A stretch of DNA of 9,666 nucleotides, taken from NCBI GenBank assembly GCA_051294375.1, contig JBJCIZ010000113.1:1-9666 (forward strand), in the 5' to 3' direction. A model generated the notes under the pieces. It ran no database searches. It was not told the origin of the DNA and saw nothing but the letters and a program-made list of their open reading frames with translations. Origin of the DNA: Paraspadella gotoi. Taxonomy: Eukaryota; Animalia; Chaetognatha. Positions within the stretch are counted from its first letter, which is position 1. Each line of letters opens with the position of its first letter. Below are positions 6,441-9,666 of this stretch, piece by piece. Made by a program: the position numbers and the translations under genes.

Positions 6441-6832
6441 CAAGGCTCAGGTAACGTCAATCGCCTCGTGAAGGGGCGGCTTTGAGTATAAGAATAGGTT
6501 ATTTTAAAAAAAATTATTAATCAAGAACGGGTTGAGAGAGACTTTATTCAAAAACAACCAATACTTAATTGCTAATAGCCTGTAATTTAAGGCGACGGTT
6601 TTTTATTTTGTTTTATAACAATCAAAAGTTATGCGTCACTTGAATTTTAAAGTCGTTTCAAAAGTTTTGGTTCATATTTTTTTCTAAAACCTTTAAAGAA
6701 AAAAAGTGTTTGGCTCGCAAAGAAAACTAAGATTTGACGGGTGTTTTTGGGCGTTTTTTTTTTATAAACATAAAACGTAAACCATGATTGGATTTACTTG
6801 CCACTGAGCCTAAGTTTCGTTTTAACCAACCT

Positions 6833-6980
6833 AAAAAAAACCATAAACAAAAAAAAAAACAAAAAACAAAAAAAAAGAAAAAACAAAAACGAGTTCACCT
6901 ACCTCAAGTGCCGGCGCAGGATCAACCAAATTAAAAGAGAAAGTGAGAAAAGAGAAGACATAGAGAAAGAGAGGGAGAGA
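6833..6980. repeat. A-rich and GA-rich low-complexity DNA
   Basis: A runs broken by C or G (6833-6890), then a GA-rich stretch (about 6933-6980). Confidence 0.8.
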
Positions 6981-7032
6981 ATCGATGACCATCTTTGATA
7001 AGAAATAGGACAAAAATTGACCAAGGATTAGA

Positions 7033-7406
7033 ATTTTCTTTCTGTCTATTTCTTTCTTTCTCCCTTTTTTACAACTCTCTTTTTTCTTTCTTAATTTCTT
7101 TCTTCTATCAATCTTGCTTTCATTCTTTTTTCTTTCTTTCCTTCCTTCATTTCTCCCTTTTTTTACAACTTTTTTCTTTCCTGCTTTCTTTCTTTTTTCT
7201 TTCTTTCTCTTTCCTTTCTTTCTCCCTTTTTTTACACTCTCTTTTTTCTTCTTTACTATCTATCTGTCTGATCGTTATCTATCTATCTATCCCTATCTAA
7301 CTATCTACCAACTATCTAACATATCTTTCTTTTTCTTTCTTTCTTTCTTTCTTTCTTTCTGTCTTTCTTCTTTCTTTCTTTCTGTTCTTTCTTACTTTTC
7401 TTCTTC
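7033..7406. repeat. Long polypyrimidine tract: degenerate (TTTC)n with embedded (TCTA)n
   Basis: About 370 bp of mostly T/C, with TATC/TCTA units at about 7256-7322. Confidence 0.9.
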
Positions 7407-8084
7407 GGTTGGTCACCGCTCGATTGCGTGCGTGAGGTTTTGCGTGAAATTCCCCAATAATATCAATACCGTGTCGTTTACTTCATCATAAAAAGCTTTT
7501 AATCGACAATAGCTAAAAAACATTATTGGATATAAAAAGCTTTTTTTTCCCCAGTCGATGCTATTTTTTTTTATTGAATTAAAAGCGATGTGATCCTGCC
7601 AAATCCTGCGGTTGTGCAGAAGTTAATCAGACGAAGTTTCAGATCAAGAATGGCTTTATTCTTCAACCGGTAAATACAAAAGTCAAATATGCTGTCTAAA
7701 CATAACTACAAAGAGAAGAGAGAAACCTTATGAGGTCAACGAGGTCAACGCACGGTTAGTGAGAGAGAATTAGAAGAGAGGGAACAATGGAAATTGATTT
7801 CTCGAGATTTCGAATAAGTGAAGGTTGCGTGCGTTTACTTGCCACACACCCCCCTAACCAGGCTATTGACCCGTGCGGGAGGAGCAACGATGAAAAAATG
7901 GTTTGAATGTTTTTCGTCTTCGTCGGGAGGTGAAAGCATCGACGGGAGAATATTTGTCAGGCCTGGGACCGGATTTGCCTGACGTAACATTCGGAATGTA
8001 TTGAAAGGCCGTTGCCGGTGGAGGCGGAGGCGTTAGAGGCGGCGTCTCTGGAAGAATATATAGTGTCCGAAAACGGGCGTCGTG

Positions 8085-8975
8085 CGCGTGAGTGTGGTCG
8101 CGAGAGAGAGAGAGGATGTTGACGCCGCGAGTAATGGATAGTGATGTAGTGCCGATGAATGCCATGAGTCAGAGGAATGGGGTTGACACAAATACTTTCC
8201 GTTGAGCATTATAACGGAGTGAGTTGTATGTGCGAAGAGAGAGACGGAGATAATATGAGTAGATATATAGTAGATGATAGATTGATAGAAAATAATAAAG
8301 AGAAGAGAGAGAGCAGAGGTAGTAGTGTAATAAATGTATTGCGAGAGGTGGATTGTTTAAGTGTTCTTATATAAAAAAAGATTGCACATCGTTTAGATTT
8401 TACAAAGTGTCCGGATGAGCGAATGACTGAAAAGAAGCACTTGGAAAAAGTAGCGCGCACACAGTGTGTTCTGTGGGAGAGATTTATAATATGTGATTGT
8501 AGTAGTGGTTTGTGGTTAAACGTTGTCAGAGATGCTGGTTGTAAGCGTGGTCACGGGGTATATAGAGCGATTGGATTGTTTGAGTAGGAGTTGGATGTGC
8601 AGTTATAACAGTGGTTTGGTAAGCGTTGTGGGTGCCTTTGAAGATGGTGTGGTAATATTTGGACGTGGATGGATTTGTAGGTTGGTGAGAGTGTGTTGAG
8701 TGTGAGAGTGAGGATGTTGTGCGTGAGAGTGTGGTTGAGTGTAGTAAGGTGAAGTGGGTCGTGATGGGTGTGGTGTAAAGTAATGAATGATGTTTTATGA
8801 GCGAGAGAGAGATGTGAGGTGGGTTGGGGGTATGACGAGGTGCGTCAGGTGGTGGCGCGGTACAGGTTGTGCGAGGAGGCGGGTGTTGAGGATGGATTAC
8901 GGCAATTGATTGGCATTGTAGTTATTTAAGGTTGATGTGAGTGTGTAATATGAAGATGTGGTTGGTGGTGAGATG
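8085..8975. other. Strongly G/T-skewed, C-poor block; possibly a decayed element of unknown type
   Basis: The plus strand is dominated by GTG/GAG/TGT words without a fixed period; only short or interrupted frames and no recognisable domain. Confidence 0.4.
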
Positions 8976-9666
8976 TAAAAAAAACGAAAGATACATTTTA
9001 TGTCGTAGATAAGTAAGATGAGACTGGTAACTGTTTTGTGGAGACTAAACATACCGGAATGGCGGGTGCTCTACGGCGTCTATTTGCTACGGTGACGTGG
9101 AGGTGTCCGCTTTTGGGCGTAGAAATGCAAGTGTATCGGAAAGTATAGTCTGTATTGGCCTCTTGTGCCGGCACCAAAGCATGCAACGCGGAGTTAGCAT
9201 GTGTTTTATAGGCGACGGTACGTAAAAGAGTTATTTAAACATGTTTAAAATGTAACGTTGGCATAATAAACTCGGTTCATATTTTCCAGGTATTAAAATA
9301 TATACCACTTAGACATCGTAGACTTAAACGCCGCGTTCAACCTCTTTAACTCTCTTTCAAGTAGTTAGGCTTACTTTTGTTGCGGGCGTTTATAAAGTTT
9401 TAAGGTGAGAAAAATTTAATTCGTTTTTCAATTATTGAGTGAAGAAAAGTTGTTTGGCACAACGAAGTATATCCCCTAATCCGTTGTACCCCTTTATATT
9501 CATTTCTTATCTTATTTACTTGGATAATTTGTCATGTCTTATGAGTATTTGTTATATTTTTTATTTATTTCCTTAAATGACAAAATATTTCCGTTCACAA
9601 CTAATTATTAAATTATAATACAATTAAAGAGAGAAGAACAATACAAATGTCTATAATTATATTCCT

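Noticed and set aside
6188-7491. ORFs 6188-6460, 6798-6998, 6831-7013, 6995-7300 and 7114-7491
   Set aside because: Translations of GA, poly-A and TC simple repeats.
7490-7545. Repeated AAAAGCTTTT palindromes
   Set aside because: Short and expected in A/T-run-rich DNA; no larger structure supports them.
7863-8165. 100-aa minus-strand ORF as a real gene
   Set aside because: No recognisable domain, includes a simple-repeat stretch, and has no supporting gene structure; kept only as part of the decayed-block finding.
8640-8975. Telomeric or satellite array
   Set aside because: G/T-rich but without a fixed repeat unit such as TTAGG or TTAGGG.
6471-9494. AAGGGG (6471) and CCCCTT (about 9489) as terminal inverted repeats of a Kolobok-like transposon
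   Set aside because: Only 6 bp match and there is no TTAA target duplication.

Overview
Eukaryotic, probably invertebrate, genomic DNA. Bases 1-5373 hold an apparently intact, young Ty3/Gypsy LTR retrotransposon on the minus strand, most like the CsRN1 clade. In element order it has a complete 539-bp 5' LTR (4835-5373, 7-bp inverted termini TGTGGAT...ATCCACA), a primer-binding site, gag with a C-X2-H-X9-C-X3-C knuckle, a G GGA AAC slippery site plus hairpin for -1 frameshifting, pol (PR-RT-RH-IN), a polypurine tract and the first 40 bp of the 3' LTR, which runs off the left edge. Unusual points are a D-G-G protease active site, a PBS that differs from the usual tRNA-Trp PBS, a hairpin-rich U5/R region, and a ~150-aa disordered integrase tail. 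Bases 5374-9666 are AT-rich, low-complexity host DNA containing one candidate exon of a membrane protein (6212-6318), short duplications, two possibly related diverged repeat copies, and a strongly G/T-skewed block that may be a decayed element. I see no well-supported new system beyond this divergent retrotransposon.
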